64,000 nucleotides of DNA. Origin: Stegostoma tigrinum. Its lineage: Eukaryota. The position numbers were made by a program, and so were the translations under genes. Where the stretch lies: positions 101,227,242 to 101,291,241 of the forward strand of contig NC_081356.1 of the NCBI RefSeq assembly GCF_030684315.1. Reading direction: 5' to 3'. The notes beneath the pieces were generated by a model. It worked only from the letters and a program-made list of their open reading frames with translations, was not told the DNA's origin and made no database searches. How positions within the stretch are numbered: position 1 is the stretch's first letter; every line of letters starts with the position of its first letter. Of this stretch, positions 62,983 to 64,000 are shown one piece after another.

Positions 62983-63078
62983 CTGATGAAGGGTCCAGAC
63001 CCCAAACGTCAGCTCTTGTGCTCCTTAGATGCTGATTGGCCTGCTGTGTTTATCCAAATCCACACTTTGTTATCACAG
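62983..63078 (+). mobile_element. Neptune pLTR remnant with a dead hammerhead (GAAA>CAAA)
   Basis: CTGATGAAGGGTCCAGACCCCAAACGTCAGC followed by the standard pLTR body. Confidence 0.8.
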
Positions 63079-63199
63079 TTTTTACTTCTGTGCATTTTGG
63101 GGACCTATCTAATGGAGTAGCGATATACTGTAATTTCACACCTGTTTGAATTTGACGGTCTTTCAAAGCGAAATCCAGTAACCATTTTCAGGAGATGGG

Positions 63200-63470
63200 C
63201 TCGTCGAGTCGGAGTGGGGAACTCTGCGCGGGACTGGGCCACCGATATGAGCATACTCGCAGGTGCGGCGGGTCGGTGCGCTTGCGCTCAGCGGGAGGAC
63301 GCCCACCTGCGGACACCTGGAGCAAGGCCGACGTGACGTCACTGGGATGGGTCATGTGACCGTGTCCCTGGCATTTCCGCCATTTCTCCCGGGGACGGTG
63401 GAGAACTTTCTGCTCTGATCCGGAGGCGCCAGGTGGGGAATGCTTTCTGTTTTTACCCCTCCCCCTATAA
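63200..63470 (+). promoter_or_regulatory. CpG-island promoter and probable non-coding first exon of an unidentified gene
   Basis: Sharp rise in CpG; NRF1-like TGCGCTTGCGC 63277-63287, CRE GTGACGTCAC 63333-63342, E-box GTCATGTGAC 63351-63360, ETS/YY1 ATTTCCGCCATTT 63373-63385; possible donor AG|GTGGGG at 63433. Strand is inferred. Confidence 0.75.
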
Positions 63471-64000
63471 CTTTACCCCACGTCAACTGCTGAGGGCGAG
63501 GACGGTATTTTGTTTCTTTCACTGTGGCCAGAGCCCACAGGGAGTGGAGGGTTTTGATCTGGATGGCCCGGTTTGGGATGGGGATGGAGAGTGTTGCTGC
63601 TACTTCCCGAGAACTGAGCCACGCCTTTATCTGGGGCTGGGTTTCCCCACGTCCGGCGATGAATTCGATTGTAATTTTTTTTAATCATTTCCATAACTTC
63701 GGATGAAAGAAAATGCAACATGGTTTCAAATCTCCGCTGGGAAGCTTTTTCATCGCCGGTTCGGTAACGGTGATTATTTCTCCTTACGGTGCTTGTAATG
63801 AGAGAGGCATTGCTTCTTGTAATGCTTTGCGCTCAATGTTTTGATTTTGAAGTTTTATATTGTGCATTGTCTCGTTGATCGCTTTGAATTCTGTAACTAA
63901 TCTTGGAACCTAAAAACGAATTATTTTTCATTTGTGAGAAACTTATAAAAAAGGTCTCTCTTTTCTGATACACCAACAACTGAAATCTCTCGATCCTTGC

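Overview
Vertebrate genomic DNA, almost certainly from a shark (elasmobranch HE1-type and Deu-type SINEs, CR1, Penelope-like, Rex, RTE and Harbinger repeats). The + strand carries 13 coding exons of RAD17, from mid AAA+ domain to the stop at 37168, including one GC-AG intron and one short intron that is open in frame. A repeat-rich intergenic region follows, ending in a CpG-island promoter of an unidentified gene at about 63.2-63.5 kb. The main signals are in the retroelements. (1) A near full-length CR1 LINE has a 5' UTR that folds on paper into a full-size type I hammerhead-like ribozyme with a variant core, and an ORF1/ORF2 junction with a correctly phased U_UUA_AAC -1 slippery site ahead of an ATG-less ORF2. 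(2) Neptune- and Poseidon-type Penelope-like elements and many fold-back mini-insertions carry minimal hammerhead motifs and 11-17 bp target-site duplications (TSDs), including a tandem hammerhead pair 207 nt apart. All calls were made by eye; no searches or folding programs were run.
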